Assembly: GCA_002293065.1 (NCBI GenBank)
Contig: DBCN01000140.1
Location: forward strand, 464-64,463
Direction of reading: 5' to 3'
Origin: Opitutia bacterium UBA957
GTDB lineage: Bacteria > Verrucomicrobiota > Verrucomicrobiia > Opitutales > UBA953
Length of the DNA stretch: 64,000 nucleotides
A program made the translations under genes and the position numbers. Under the pieces are notes generated by a model. The model was not told where the DNA came from. It did no database searches and saw nothing but the letters and a program-made list of their open reading frames with translations. Below, in pieces: positions 18,551-28,238 of this stretch (the first letter of the stretch is position 1; every line of letters starts with the position of its first letter).

Positions 18551-19786
18551 ATGTCGGCCTCCAGCCTTATCCCGACCACCGAGCCTCGCTTCCAGGTTCC
18601 CGACGTCCATGGCCGTTTCGGCCAGTTCGGCGGGATGTACGTGCCGGAGACGCTGATGACGCCTTTGCTCGACCTGACCAAGGCCTACGATGAAGCCCGG
18701 CGCGACCCGGCCTTCCAAAAGGCCTACGCCGACATGCTGGTGGAATACGCCGGCCGCCCCACGGGACTGTACTACGCCGAGGCGCTCACCAAGCACTGCG
18801 GTGGCTCCAAGATTTACCTGAAGCGTGAGGACATGCTCCACACGGGGGCCCACAAGATCAACAACGTGATCGGCCAAGCCTTGCTCGCCGTGCGTATGGG
18901 CAAGAAACGCATCATCGCGGAAACCGGTGCTGGTCAGCACGGCACCGCGACGGCGGCGGTCTGCGCCCGCTTCGGCCTGAAGTGCGTCATCTACATGGGT
19001 GCGACCGACATGGAGCGCCAAGCCCTCAACGTCTACCGCATGCGTCTCATGGGCGCCGAGGTCCGCGGCGTCGAAGCCGGTCAGCGGACGCTGAAGGAAG
19101 CCGTCAACGAGGCCATGCGCGATTGGGTCACCAACGTCCGCGACACCCACTACATCCTGGGCACGGCCTATGGTTCGCATCCCTACCCGATGATGGTCCG
19201 CGATTTCCACCGCATCATCTCGCTCGAGTCCAAGCAGCAGATGATCCGGGCCGAAGACCGCTTGCCCGACACCGTCGTGGCCTGCGTCGGCGGCGGCTCC
19301 AACGCCATCGGTTCTTTCTTCGAGTACCTCGACGAACCCGGTGTCCAGCTGATCGGCGTCGAAGCCGGCGGCCGCGCGATCAAGACCGGCGAGCATGCCG
19401 CGCGTTTCGCGGGTGGCCGCTTGGGCGTCCTGCAGGGCTGCATGACGCATATCCTGCAGGATGGCGAAGGCCAGATCGAGGGGACGCACTCGGTTTCCGC
19501 CGGCTTGGATTACGCCGCGGTCGGCCCCGAGCACGCTTACTACCACGACAAGGGTCGGATTGAGTTCGCCTATGCGAACGACCAGGAGTGCCTCGAAGCC
19601 TTCCAGCTCTTGTCGCGCACCGAGGGCATCATTCCGGCGTTGGAATCCAGCCACGCCATCGCCCATGGCTGCAAGGTCGCCGCCGACGGACCGCGCACCA
19701 ACATCGTCCTCATCAACCTCTCCGGTCGGGGCGACAAGGACGTGTGGAGCGCCGCTCGCGCGATGGGTGTGGAAATCAAGCTCTGA
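18551..19786 (+). CDS. trpB: tryptophan synthase beta chain
   Basis: The start is at MSASSLIPT (ATG 18551). The PLP-lysine motif is [10 protein letters not shown], with ETGAGQHG and VGGGSNAIG also present. Confidence 0.95.
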   Translation: MSASSLIPTTEPRFQVPDVHGRFGQFGGMYVPETLMTPLLDLTKAYDEARRDPAFQKAYADMLVEYAGRPTGLYYAEALTKHCGGSKIYLKREDMLHTGAHKINNVIGQALLAVRMGKKRIIAETGAGQHGTATAAVCARFGLKCVIYMGATDMERQALNVYRMRLMGAEVRGVEAGQRTLKEAVNEAMRDWVTNVRDTHYILGTAYGSHPYPMMVRDFHRIISLESKQQMIRAEDRLPDTVVACVGGGSNAIGSFFEYLDEPGVQLIGVEAGGRAIKTGEHAARFAGGRLGVLQGCMTHILQDGEGQIEGTHSVSAGLDYAAVGPEHAYYHDKGRIEFAYANDQECLEAFQLLSRTEGIIPALESSHAIAHGCKVAADGPRTNIVLINLSGRGDKDVWSAARAMGVEIKL

Positions 19787-19788
19787 GC

Positions 19789-20667
19789 ATGGCGGCCACA
19801 TCGATGACGGGTTTCGGCCGCGGGGAAATCAACCTGCCGGACCGCCGTCTTTCCGTCGAGATCGCCACCGTCAACCAGAAGAACCTGCAGGTCTCCTGCT
19901 ACGCGCCGGAGGAATGGTCGTCGCTGGAAACGCTGTCCACCCCGTGGATCCGGGCGCGGCTCGTCCGCGGCAAGGTGACCGTGCGCGTGACCTTCGCCGA
20001 GGTCGGCGTGAAAGCGGCGACCGCGTGGGATGAAGCGGCGGTGCTGAATGCATTGGCGGATCTCCGCGCGCTGGCGACCCGCACCGGCGTGCCGTTTGAA
20101 CCCGATGCGCGGTTGCTCTGGCAGCTCGCCGAAGGCAAGCGGTCGACCCGCGCACCGCTCCCCGCCTTGGAAAGTTGTGAAGCCGCGGTCGCGCTCGGCT
20201 TTGCCGCGGCCTTGGATCAGTTGGTCGCGATGCGTGAGGCCGAGGGCCGCGCCTTGGTCGCTGACCTCACCGAGCGCTTGCGCAAAATTTCCGTCTTCGT
20301 CGCGGCCATGGAAGCCGGGGAGAAGGAGGCGCCCAAGCGGCATCGCACCGCGCTGATGAAGCGTCTGCAGGAAGCCGGTTTGGGACTCGATCCGTCCGAT
20401 GAGCGGGTCCTCAAGGAACTCGCGCTCTTCGCCGATCGCTGCGACATCACCGAGGAGGTCGTCCGACTCAAAAGCCATATCCTGCAGTTTACCAATGAGT
20501 TGAAGGTCGAGAAAAGTGGCCGAAAACTCGATTTCCTCGTCCAGGAACTGCTCCGGGAAGTCAACACGGTCGGGAGCAAAGCCGCCGAAATCCCCACAAC
20601 TCAGGCCGTTTTAGAGGCTAAAACCGAGATTGAGCGGATTCGGGAGCAGGTCCAGAACCTCGAATAA
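19789..20667 (+). CDS. yicC: YicC-family protein
   Basis: The start is at MAATSMTGFGRGE, 2 nt after the trpB stop. The C-terminal motif is CDITEEVVRLKSH. 292 aa. Confidence 0.9.
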   Translation: MAATSMTGFGRGEINLPDRRLSVEIATVNQKNLQVSCYAPEEWSSLETLSTPWIRARLVRGKVTVRVTFAEVGVKAATAWDEAAVLNALADLRALATRTGVPFEPDARLLWQLAEGKRSTRAPLPALESCEAAVALGFAAALDQLVAMREAEGRALVADLTERLRKISVFVAAMEAGEKEAPKRHRTALMKRLQEAGLGLDPSDERVLKELALFADRCDITEEVVRLKSHILQFTNELKVEKSGRKLDFLVQELLREVNTVGSKAAEIPTTQAVLEAKTEIERIREQVQNLE

Positions 20668-20738
20668 GCTTTTTTGTGGGTGCGGTGTTGCCATGGGCCG
20701 TTTCCCATGCCTTTGTCTATCAACACTTACGCACCTCC

Positions 20739-21074
20739 ATGTCCGACAACCTCACCAAGCGGGAAATCGTCCTGAAGATCTTTACGGAAAAGGGCTATCC
20801 GCAAAAGCATATCCGCGACAGCGTCCAGCTCACCCTGGATGCCATCAGCGAGGCGTTGCTGTCCGGTCGCGATGTCGAGCTGCGTAACTTCGGTGTCTTC
20901 CAGGTGCAGGTGCGCAAGAGCCGCATCGGTCGCAACCCGAACCGCCCCGAGACGGATGTCGTCATCCCGAAGCGTGCGGTCATCAAATTCAAGGCCGGCA
21001 AGGAACTGAAGGCCAAGCTCAAGTCGTACAACGTCGAGAAGACGAACGCGAAGCCCGAGCAGCCCCAGCAGTAA
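20739..21074 (+). CDS. IHF/HU-family DNA-binding protein
   Basis: 111 aa starting at MSDNLTKREIV. The beta-arm motif is FGVFQVQVRKSRIGRNPNRPETDVVIPKRAVIKFKAGKEL. Confidence 0.85.
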   Translation: MSDNLTKREIVLKIFTEKGYPQKHIRDSVQLTLDAISEALLSGRDVELRNFGVFQVQVRKSRIGRNPNRPETDVVIPKRAVIKFKAGKELKAKLKSYNVEKTNAKPEQPQQ

Positions 21075-21090
21075 GTTCGCCTGCTTCGCG

Positions 21091-22428
21091 ATGTCCGACA
21101 TTCGAACGCTACCCGGCTTCCGGGAGTTCTATCCAGAAGACCGCGCGGTCTTGGGCCACATCTTTGACGTCTGGCGCCAAGCCTGCCGTCGTTATGGTTT
21201 CCGCGAATGGGAATCCCCCGTCTTGGAGCCGCTCGAACTCTTCACGGAGAAGTCCGGCGAGGAAATCGTCCGCCAACTCTTCAACTTCGAGGACAAAGGC
21301 GGCCGGCAGGTCAGCCTCCGTCCGGAGATGACGCCTTCGCTGGCCCGCATGGTCGGGGCCCGCGCCAACGGCATGGCCAAGCCCATCCGCTGGTTCGCCA
21401 TCGGCGAAAACTACCGCTACGAAAAACCGCAGAAGGGCCGTCTCCGCGCGTTCTACCAGCTCAACGCCGACTTGCTCGGCGAAGCCGGTCCCGCCGCCGA
21501 CGCCGAACTCATCGCGCTGTGCGCCGATTGCCTCTTGGGCTTCGGCCTGACGCAGCAGGATTTTCGGATCCGCATTTCCGACCGCACACTCTGGTTCCGC
21601 TACCTCGCGAGCGTCGGCGTCCCCGAAGCCAACGCCACGGCGGTCTTGGGCGTGGTCGACAAGCTCGAGCGCGGTTCACCGAAGGATTTGGTCGAAGCGA
21701 TGACGGCCGCCTTGGCGGGAACCGCTTGCGATCCCGAGAAGACATTGACCGCGGCGCGCGCCTTTGCGGCCACGCGTTCGCTTGAGGAGCTGGCTAAGCT
21801 CGCCGCCGGTGATGCCGCGATGACGGCACGGCTGGAGGAGTGGAATCAGCTGCTCGGGACGCTGAAGTCCATGGGCTTCGGTGAATGCATCGCGATCGAC
21901 CTGACGATCGTCCGCGGCTTGGCCTATTACACGGGCTTCGTCTTCGAGGCGTTTGAGACCGGCGGCGAAGCGCGCGCCCTGGCGGGGGGCGGTCGTTACG
22001 ATGCCTTGGTGAAGAAGCTGGGCGGGCCGGACCTCCCGGCGGTCGGCTTCGGCATGGGCGACGTGACCTTGCGCGACCTCCTGGAGGCCAAGAAGCTCAT
22101 CCCGGCCTACGCGGATGGCCCCGACTTCTTCGTGATGGTGCTGGGCGCCGATGCACGCGCCGCCGCCTTGGAAGACGTCGCGAACCTCCGGCGCGCCGGT
22201 TTCCGCGTCGAGTACAACCTGCGCGACGGCAAGTTCGGCAAGTTGGCCCAACAGGCCGAAACCGCGGGCGCGAAGTACGCGCTCGTTTACGGCGGCGAGG
22301 AAGTCGCGAAGGGCGTGACCAAGGTGCGGAGCCTCACGGACCGCTCGGAAGCGGAAGTCCCGCGGACCGACCTCGTGCCGGCGTTGCGGGCGGTGCTGGA
22401 AGAAGGCATGCGTGCCATCCTGCCTTAA
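21091..22428 (+). CDS. hisS: histidine--tRNA ligase
   Basis: 445 aa. Class II motifs are YRYEKPQKGRLRAFYQ and LAGGGRYDALV, with a C-terminal anticodon-binding domain. Confidence 0.95.
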   Translation: MSDIRTLPGFREFYPEDRAVLGHIFDVWRQACRRYGFREWESPVLEPLELFTEKSGEEIVRQLFNFEDKGGRQVSLRPEMTPSLARMVGARANGMAKPIRWFAIGENYRYEKPQKGRLRAFYQLNADLLGEAGPAADAELIALCADCLLGFGLTQQDFRIRISDRTLWFRYLASVGVPEANATAVLGVVDKLERGSPKDLVEAMTAALAGTACDPEKTLTAARAFAATRSLEELAKLAAGDAAMTARLEEWNQLLGTLKSMGFGECIAIDLTIVRGLAYYTGFVFEAFETGGEARALAGGGRYDALVKKLGGPDLPAVGFGMGDVTLRDLLEAKKLIPAYADGPDFFVMVLGADARAAALEDVANLRRAGFRVEYNLRDGKFGKLAQQAETAGAKYALVYGGEEVAKGVTKVRSLTDRSEAEVPRTDLVPALRAVLEEGMRAILP

Positions 22429-22431
22429 GCG

Positions 22432-24015
22432 ATGTCCGAGCAGACGCGCCAGTATCAGGACATGGCCAAGACGGCATCCTGGACGATGGTCTCGCGTGTG
22501 CTCGGTCTGTTCCGCGACCAACTCATCGCGGCGTTTTTCGGCGCCAGCGCGATCGGTGCGGCCTTCCTCTTCGCGTTCCAGATCCCGAACCTCTTCCGGC
22601 GCTTGTTGGGTGAGGGGGCTTTGACGGCGGCCACCGTCCCGGTCTTGGCGGAAATCGAAGCGAAGCATGGCCGCCCCGCCGCGCACGCGTTCCTGAATTA
22701 CGTCCTCGGCAAAGTCCTGCCGTGGTTGCTCGGCATCACGCTCGTCGGCATCGGCCTGGCGCTCATGGCGATGCTGCTCCTCAAGGATCCGCGTTACGTG
22801 CACTCCGCCGAGTTCACCGCATGGTGCATGCCTTACATGCCGCTGATCTGCGTCGCGGCGCTGTTCACCTCCGCCGTCAACCTCAGCGGCCGTTTCGGTT
22901 TGGCGGAAATCGCTTCGTCGGGCCTCAACGTCTGCATGATCTTGGGGCTGGGCTTCTTCGGGTACTATCTCGGCGACGGCGACCTCGGCCGGGCCCGTTG
23001 GCTGTGTTTCGGCACCTTGGCGGGCGGTGCCTTGCAGCTCCTGATTCCGATGTGGGGCCTGCGGCAGGCGGGTTGGCGGAGCACCCCCGTGCGGGCGGAT
23101 GCCGCCGCTTGGCAGGCCTTGCGGGTGGCGTTCATTCCGGCGGCCTTGGGCGCGGGCATCCTGCAGATCAACTTCCTCATCTCGCGGTCGTTGGCGTTCG
23201 ACCTCGAGGGCGCGACGCTCACTTATTACTACATCGCCAACCGCATCGTCGAGCTCCCGATCGGGCTGTTCTCGACGGCCGTCGCCACGGTCATGTTCCC
23301 GGCCATGGCGACGGCTTTCGCGGAGAAGGATACGGCCGCGATGGGGCGCAACTACGCGCGGGGCATGCGCCTGATCATGGCGATCAACATCGGCGCCGCC
23401 ATCGGCCTGGCCGTTTACTCCGAGCAGATCATCCGGCTCCTCTTCGAGTTCGGGCGTTTCTCCGCCGAGGACTGCGCCAAGACCCGCTCCGTGCTGGTGC
23501 TCTTCGCCTTGGCGATGCCATTCCATGCGATGATCTCGATGGTAACCCGGGCCTTGAACGTCGCCGGTCAGACCCAAGCCACCTTCCGCGTCGCCCTCTG
23601 GGCCGTCGGGATTAATATCACCGGTTCGGTGGCCGCGATCGTCCTCGGCCATGGCATCGAAGGGTTGGCCACCGCCAACGCCGCCTCGGCCATGGTGCAG
23701 TATTTCCTGCTGCGCCGTGAGCTTAGGCGCACTGCGCCATCCTTCCTGGCGGAAAACCTGACGACCCCGTTCCTGCAGGCTTTGGGCGGCTCCCTCGTGA
23801 TGGGCATCGTGGCTTACCAAGGCTTTGGATTCATCTCCAAGGCGGCGGAACTCTGGTTGAACACGAAGGTCAACCTGCTCCTCTCGATGGCCTTGGCGGG
23901 AGGTCTCGCCGCGACTTGCTACGCCGGCCTATTGATCTGGTGGAAATACCCGGAACGCGACCTGGTCATTGGCTTCGGTGAACGTGTGCTCCGGAAGTTG
24001 CGCCTGCGGCGCTAG
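22432..24015 (+). CDS. murJ: lipid II flippase MurJ (MviN family)
   Basis: 527-aa polytopic protein. The N-terminal signature is MVSRVLGLFRDQLIAAFFGAS...FQIPNLFRRLLGEGAL. Confidence 0.9.
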   Translation: MSEQTRQYQDMAKTASWTMVSRVLGLFRDQLIAAFFGASAIGAAFLFAFQIPNLFRRLLGEGALTAATVPVLAEIEAKHGRPAAHAFLNYVLGKVLPWLLGITLVGIGLALMAMLLLKDPRYVHSAEFTAWCMPYMPLICVAALFTSAVNLSGRFGLAEIASSGLNVCMILGLGFFGYYLGDGDLGRARWLCFGTLAGGALQLLIPMWGLRQAGWRSTPVRADAAAWQALRVAFIPAALGAGILQINFLISRSLAFDLEGATLTYYYIANRIVELPIGLFSTAVATVMFPAMATAFAEKDTAAMGRNYARGMRLIMAINIGAAIGLAVYSEQIIRLLFEFGRFSAEDCAKTRSVLVLFALAMPFHAMISMVTRALNVAGQTQATFRVALWAVGINITGSVAAIVLGHGIEGLATANAASAMVQYFLLRRELRRTAPSFLAENLTTPFLQALGGSLVMGIVAYQGFGFISKAAELWLNTKVNLLLSMALAGGLAATCYAGLLIWWKYPERDLVIGFGERVLRKLRLRR

Positions 24016-24047
24016 GCGGAAAGCCGCGGGCCGTAAGGGGAGGCTGT

Positions 24048-24929
24048 TCAAACTCGGCTGGCTGGGGCAGGGGCGGGCGGGCGACGGTACTTCTTCACCA
24101 ACGCCTGCAGGATCGCGACCGTTTCGTCGTCCGCGACGCCGTCAACCTTGGCCGCGCGGAAGTGGCGCTGAAAGGCTTCGAGGGCCAAGCGCAGCGTCTT
24201 CTCGGAATCATCTTCGAGACGATACCCGTAGACGCGGAGCAGTTGCTGGATTTCCGGAGTCGTGAGTTTCTTCGATTTCAGCAAGATGCGGAACAACTGG
24301 ACATCTTTGGCTTCGGGCCAAGCACCGACCCCGTTGGCGGCGAAGTATTCCCACGGGAATAAGGAGCCCGGGTCGATCTTGCGACCGATCGCGATGTCGG
24401 AGTGTGCGACCACGTTTTCGGGGCTGATCCGGTGGGTCGTCACCAAGTGCTGGGCCAGCGCGAGGACGGCTTCGACCTGCGGCTGCGGGTACGGGTGGAT
24501 GTTGCCGTCGTAGTTGACGATCTCGATGCCGATCGAGGATTGGTTGAGGCCTTCGAACTTACCCCAAGCGCTTTTGCCGGCGTGATAGGCGGCCAAAGAA
24601 TCGGGGCACATCCGGAAGATGCGCGCCTTGGGTTGTTCGGCGCTGACCAGGTAGTGCACGCCGACCATATGACCTTTGGTGCGACCCTGCAGGGTCTCCA
24701 GGGCGGAGGGTAGGGATGAGGCGGTGTGGTGCAGGACAAGGATCGCAATCGGCTGTTTGCGTGCCTCGACTCCCGCCGAAGCGGGCCCTTGGATGATGGA
24801 GAGCTGGTCATTGAGCCTGACCGTTCCGTCGGCCGGGGCACCGGCCGGATTCGAAGAAGACGTCCCACAACCTGAAAGCGCCAAAATAGAGCCAAAAATC
24901 GCTAAACGCTTCAGATAGGAGGGTTTCAT
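24048..24929 (-). CDS. N-acetylmuramoyl-L-alanine amidase (Amidase_2/AmpD-like) lipoprotein with a C-terminal peptidoglycan-binding-like domain
   Basis: The lipobox is MKPSYLKRLAIFGSILALSGC. An alternative GTG start at 24962 adds 11 aa. Motifs are ILVLHHTAS, GVHYLV, AYHAGKSAWG and IGIEIVN. The C-terminal segment ALEAFQRHFRAAKVDGVADDETV resembles PG_binding_1. Confidence 0.85.
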   Translation of the reverse strand: MKPSYLKRLAIFGSILALSGCGTSSSNPAGAPADGTVRLNDQLSIIQGPASAGVEARKQPIAILVLHHTASSLPSALETLQGRTKGHMVGVHYLVSAEQPKARIFRMCPDSLAAYHAGKSAWGKFEGLNQSSIGIEIVNYDGNIHPYPQPQVEAVLALAQHLVTTHRISPENVVAHSDIAIGRKIDPGSLFPWEYFAANGVGAWPEAKDVQLFRILLKSKKLTTPEIQQLLRVYGYRLEDDSEKTLRLALEAFQRHFRAAKVDGVADDETVAILQALVKKYRRPPAPAPASRV

Positions 24930-25042
24930 GCTTATTTGCCCGATATTCATTAAATTAATCACTCCTTTATAAACCCCAAGATAATACCGCCAACAGCTGA
25001 TATTAGACCTAATTCATTGAACATTTTTTAATTAGACATAAT

Positions 25043-25062
25043 GTATATTGTGCGAAATATAC
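25043..25062. promoter_or_regulatory. candidate operator: inverted repeat GTATATT-N6-AATATAC in the AT-rich divergent region upstream of the DeoR regulator
   Basis: Perfect 7-bp arms at 25043-25049 and 25056-25062, about 75 nt upstream of the DeoR ATG (25137). Two direct ATTAGAC copies lie nearby at 25002-25008 and 25031-25037. Function is inferred only. Confidence 0.3.
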
Positions 25063-25136
25063 CTATGGATAGAACCCACGTAGAAATGCGTTATTGATTG
25101 CTTGAGGGTTTTCGAGCGTAAATCGGCTCCCTCGCC

Positions 25137-25913
25137 ATGAAAGTCGCCCGCCACATCATTGAAGCCCGTCGTGAAGCCATTGCCAAGTTGCTGAGCAAGG
25201 TTGGTTACGTGCCGGTCCTCGAAATCTGCAAGCAGTTCAACGTATCCGAGGCCACTGCCCGCCGTGACCTCACCGAATTGGAAAACCAGCGCCGCATCAC
25301 GCGCACCCATGGAGGCGCGTTGTCGGACTTCAACCGCAACTTCCCGCCGCTCGACGATCGCAAGGTCGAAGACGCCGAAGCCAAGCGCAAGATCGGCAAC
25401 AAGGCGGCATCCCGCGTCAAGGCCGGCATGACCGTCTATCTCGACTCCGGTTCGACCATCTTCTTCGCCGCCGAGGCGATTGCGGCTTCCGGCGTCCCTG
25501 ACCTGCAGATTGTGACGACCTGTCTGCCGACGGCTCAGCTGATTTCGTCGCTCCCCGGCGTCGAGGTCTACATTCCGGGTGGTCTTTTCCTCACGCGCCA
25601 TGCGATGGTCGCCGGCGATCGCACGCTGGAAGAAGTCGCCCGCTGGAATTTCGACGTGGCCCTGCTCGGCGCCGAAGGCATCGACGAAAACGGCCTCTGG
25701 AATTCGCAGCGCGACATCTCGCACCAACAACGCGAAGTCATTCGTCGCAGCGACGAGGTCTTGATCTGCATGAACAAGGTCAAGCTCGGTCGTGGTGGTC
25801 CCTGCGCCGTGACCCGCGACGTGTCGCCGTTGTTCCTGGTGACGGATGCCGATGCGGCCGCGGTCGTCCAGGCCAAGGTCAAGATGGCGGCCGACCACGT
25901 CCTCACCGCCTAA
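25137..25913 (+). CDS. DeoR-family transcriptional regulator
   Basis: 258 aa. The N-terminal HTH is ICKQFNVSEATARRDLTELENQRRITRTHGGA, followed by a C-terminal DeoR sugar-phosphate sensor domain. Confidence 0.9.
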   Translation: MKVARHIIEARREAIAKLLSKVGYVPVLEICKQFNVSEATARRDLTELENQRRITRTHGGALSDFNRNFPPLDDRKVEDAEAKRKIGNKAASRVKAGMTVYLDSGSTIFFAAEAIAASGVPDLQIVTTCLPTAQLISSLPGVEVYIPGGLFLTRHAMVAGDRTLEEVARWNFDVALLGAEGIDENGLWNSQRDISHQQREVIRRSDEVLICMNKVKLGRGGPCAVTRDVSPLFLVTDADAAAVVQAKVKMAADHVLTA

Positions 25914-25942
25914 GTTCGTCCACGGCGGACGCACCTCAGGCC

Positions 25943-26698
25943 ATGTCTACTGACGCTATCCAAGCCTTGCTGGATCTGTCCCATGACCTGGGTGGCGACC
26001 GGTTGCGCATGGCCATTTTGGGCGAAGGCAACACTTCCCTGCGGCTCGATGCGGAGACCTTTGCGGTCAAGGCTTCGGGGTCCAACCTGGCGTCGCTTCG
26101 TCCGACCGACCTCACGACCTGTCGCTTCGATCGTCTGCTCCCGCTCCTCGACGCCCCCGCCGCCACCGATGCGGAAATCGACGGTGTCCTCTTCGCTTCC
26201 CGCGTGTCCGAAGCGGATAAGAAGCCCTCCATCGAGGCCCTCTTCCACGCTTATCTGCTCACCTTGCCCGGCGTCCAGTGCGTCGGCCACGTGCATGCCA
26301 TCGCCGTGAACCAGATCCTGTGTTCCCCGCGGGCCCGCGAGTTCGCGGAACGACGGGCCTGCCCCGATGAGGTCGTGATGTGCGGCGTCGAATCGGTGTT
26401 CGTGCCCTATGCCGAGCCCGGTTTGGGCTTGGCCCAATCCATCCGCCGCGAGGTGCAGGCCTTCGTCCGCCGCACCAGCCGCGCGCCCAAGGTCATCCTG
26501 CTGCAGAATCACGGCGTCATCGCCGTCGGCCCTTCCGCCAAAGCCGTGCTGGGCACCCTGCTGATGTCCGAGAAAGCCGCCGAGATCTTCGTCGGCGCCG
26601 CCACCTTGGGCGGCCCGGTGTTCTTGACCGCAGAGCAATGCCAGCGCATCGCCGGACGTCCCGACGAGCACTATCGCCAGAAAATGCTCGGGCTCTGA
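25943..26698 (+). CDS. class II aldolase/adducin-family protein (stand-alone paralogue of the N-terminal domain of the downstream bifunctional enzyme)
   Basis: 251 aa. Motifs are ILGEGNTSLR, VKASGSNL, PSIEALFHAYL, VGHVHA and LLQNHGVIAVG. The same motif order occurs in the N-terminal half of the 28239-30431 protein. Confidence 0.8.
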   Translation: MSTDAIQALLDLSHDLGGDRLRMAILGEGNTSLRLDAETFAVKASGSNLASLRPTDLTTCRFDRLLPLLDAPAATDAEIDGVLFASRVSEADKKPSIEALFHAYLLTLPGVQCVGHVHAIAVNQILCSPRAREFAERRACPDEVVMCGVESVFVPYAEPGLGLAQSIRREVQAFVRRTSRAPKVILLQNHGVIAVGPSAKAVLGTLLMSEKAAEIFVGAATLGGPVFLTAEQCQRIAGRPDEHYRQKMLGL

Positions 26699-26725
26699 CC
26701 CCTCCCCCTTCCCCCACTGATTTCC

Positions 26726-28195
26726 ATGTCCAACTACCTTGCCATCGACCTCGGCGCCGAATCCGGGCGCGTGATTTTCGGAAGCCTCAAGGGCGGAAAG
26801 CTCTCGATGAAGGAGATCCACCGCTTCTCCAACGGCGCCATCACCGCCAACGGCACGCTGCGCTGGGACATCGTGCGCATCTTCCGCGAAATCCGCATCG
26901 GTTTGGCCAAGGGCGCGAAGCTCGGGCCGATCAAGTCGATCGCCTGCGACTCTTGGGGCGTCGACTACGTCCTGCTCAAGGGCGATGGCCCGATGCTTTC
27001 CCTGCCCTACACCTATCGCGACGAGCGTAGCTTCAAGTCCTTCGACAAGGCCATGAAGAAGTTCTCGCAGAAGCAGCTCTTCGAAGGCACGGGCATCGCT
27101 TCCATCTCCATCAATACGCTCTACCAGTTGTTTGATGACGTCGAGAATCGCCCGGAAATCCTCGCGTTCGCCGATAAGTTCCTGCTGATCGGCGACTACA
27201 TCACCTGGTTGCTGACGGGCCAGGCCCGCGCCGAAGAGACCCTCATTTCGGGCAGTCAGCTTTGGGATACCCGCAAGCGCGACTGGGCTTGGCCGGTGCT
27301 CAAGAAGCTCGGCATCCCCAAGCACATCTTCCCCAAGCCCGCCGCTCCCGGCACCAAGCTCGGCAAGCTCCTTCCTTATCTCAGCAAGGAAACCGGCCTC
27401 AAGTCCGCCGAAGTCGTCACCACTTGCGCGCACGACACCGCGGCGGCCGTCGCCGCCGTGCCCGCGACCAAGGGCGACGATTGGGCCTACCTGTCTTCCG
27501 GCACGTGGTCGCTCCTCGGCGTCGAGCTCCCGAAGCCGCTGGTCAATGAGACCGTCCGCGAGGCCAAGTACACGAACGAAGTAGGCTTCGAAGGCACGAC
27601 GCGCTTCCTCAAGAACCTCGTGGGCCTCTGGGTCCTGCAGGAATGCCGCCGCGAGTGGATGGAGCGCGGCGAGGTTTCCGACTATGGCGAGATCGTGAAG
27701 TTGGCGCTCAAGGCGCCGGCCTTGCGCAGCTTCATCCGTCCCGACGACGTCCGTTTCGCCAAGCGCGGCGACATGGTGAAGAAAGTCCAGGACTTCTGCC
27801 GCGAGACCAAGCAACCGGTGCCGCAGACCCACGGCGAGATCGCCCGCTGCGTCCTCGAATCGCTGGCCCTGCTCTATCGCGTGGAACTGGACGGCATCGA
27901 AAAACTCACGGGCCGTAAGCTCGCGACCTTGCACATCGTCGGGGGCGGTTGCCGCAACGCCCTCCTCAACCAAGCCACGGCCGACGCCACGGGCCGCACG
28001 GTCATCGCGGGCCCGGTGGAGGCTACCGCCGCCGGCAATATCCTCGTGCAGGCCGTCGCCATGAAAGAGCTCAAGAACCTCGATGCCCTGCGCGGCGTGG
28101 TCCGAAAGTCCTTTGAAGTAGTGACTTACAAACCCAATCCCACGCTTGATTGGCTCGACGCCTTGGTGAAGTTTAATGGTTTAAAGAAATCATAA
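26726..28195 (+). CDS. rhaB: rhamnulokinase-like FGGY carbohydrate kinase
   Basis: 489 aa. Motifs are YLAIDLGAESGRV, GTLRWD and HIVGGGCRNALLNQATADATGRTV. The context, next to the aldolase/SDR fusion, supports the call. Confidence 0.8.
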   Translation: MSNYLAIDLGAESGRVIFGSLKGGKLSMKEIHRFSNGAITANGTLRWDIVRIFREIRIGLAKGAKLGPIKSIACDSWGVDYVLLKGDGPMLSLPYTYRDERSFKSFDKAMKKFSQKQLFEGTGIASISINTLYQLFDDVENRPEILAFADKFLLIGDYITWLLTGQARAEETLISGSQLWDTRKRDWAWPVLKKLGIPKHIFPKPAAPGTKLGKLLPYLSKETGLKSAEVVTTCAHDTAAAVAAVPATKGDDWAYLSSGTWSLLGVELPKPLVNETVREAKYTNEVGFEGTTRFLKNLVGLWVLQECRREWMERGEVSDYGEIVKLALKAPALRSFIRPDDVRFAKRGDMVKKVQDFCRETKQPVPQTHGEIARCVLESLALLYRVELDGIEKLTGRKLATLHIVGGGCRNALLNQATADATGRTVIAGPVEATAAGNILVQAVAMKELKNLDALRGVVRKSFEVVTYKPNPTLDWLDALVKFNGLKKS

Positions 28196-28238
28196 ACCTG
28201 CTTAAGCCTCCCTACCCTGCCTTTACCTGCCTAGCATC

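Noticed and set aside
18458-19801. 447-aa minus-strand ORF opposite trpB.
   Set aside because: It mirrors trpB exactly, has a low-complexity translation, and would leave no room for the clearly real trpB.
21676-23820. 714-aa minus-strand ORF spanning hisS and murJ.
   Set aside because: It crosses two bona fide genes on the other strand. It has an extreme Arg/Gly/Glu/Asp bias and no recognisable domain, so it is a shadow ORF.
25910-27973. 687-aa minus-strand ORF opposite the class II aldolase and rhamnulokinase genes.
   Set aside because: Same reasoning: it is antisense to two motif-bearing genes and its sequence is low-complexity.
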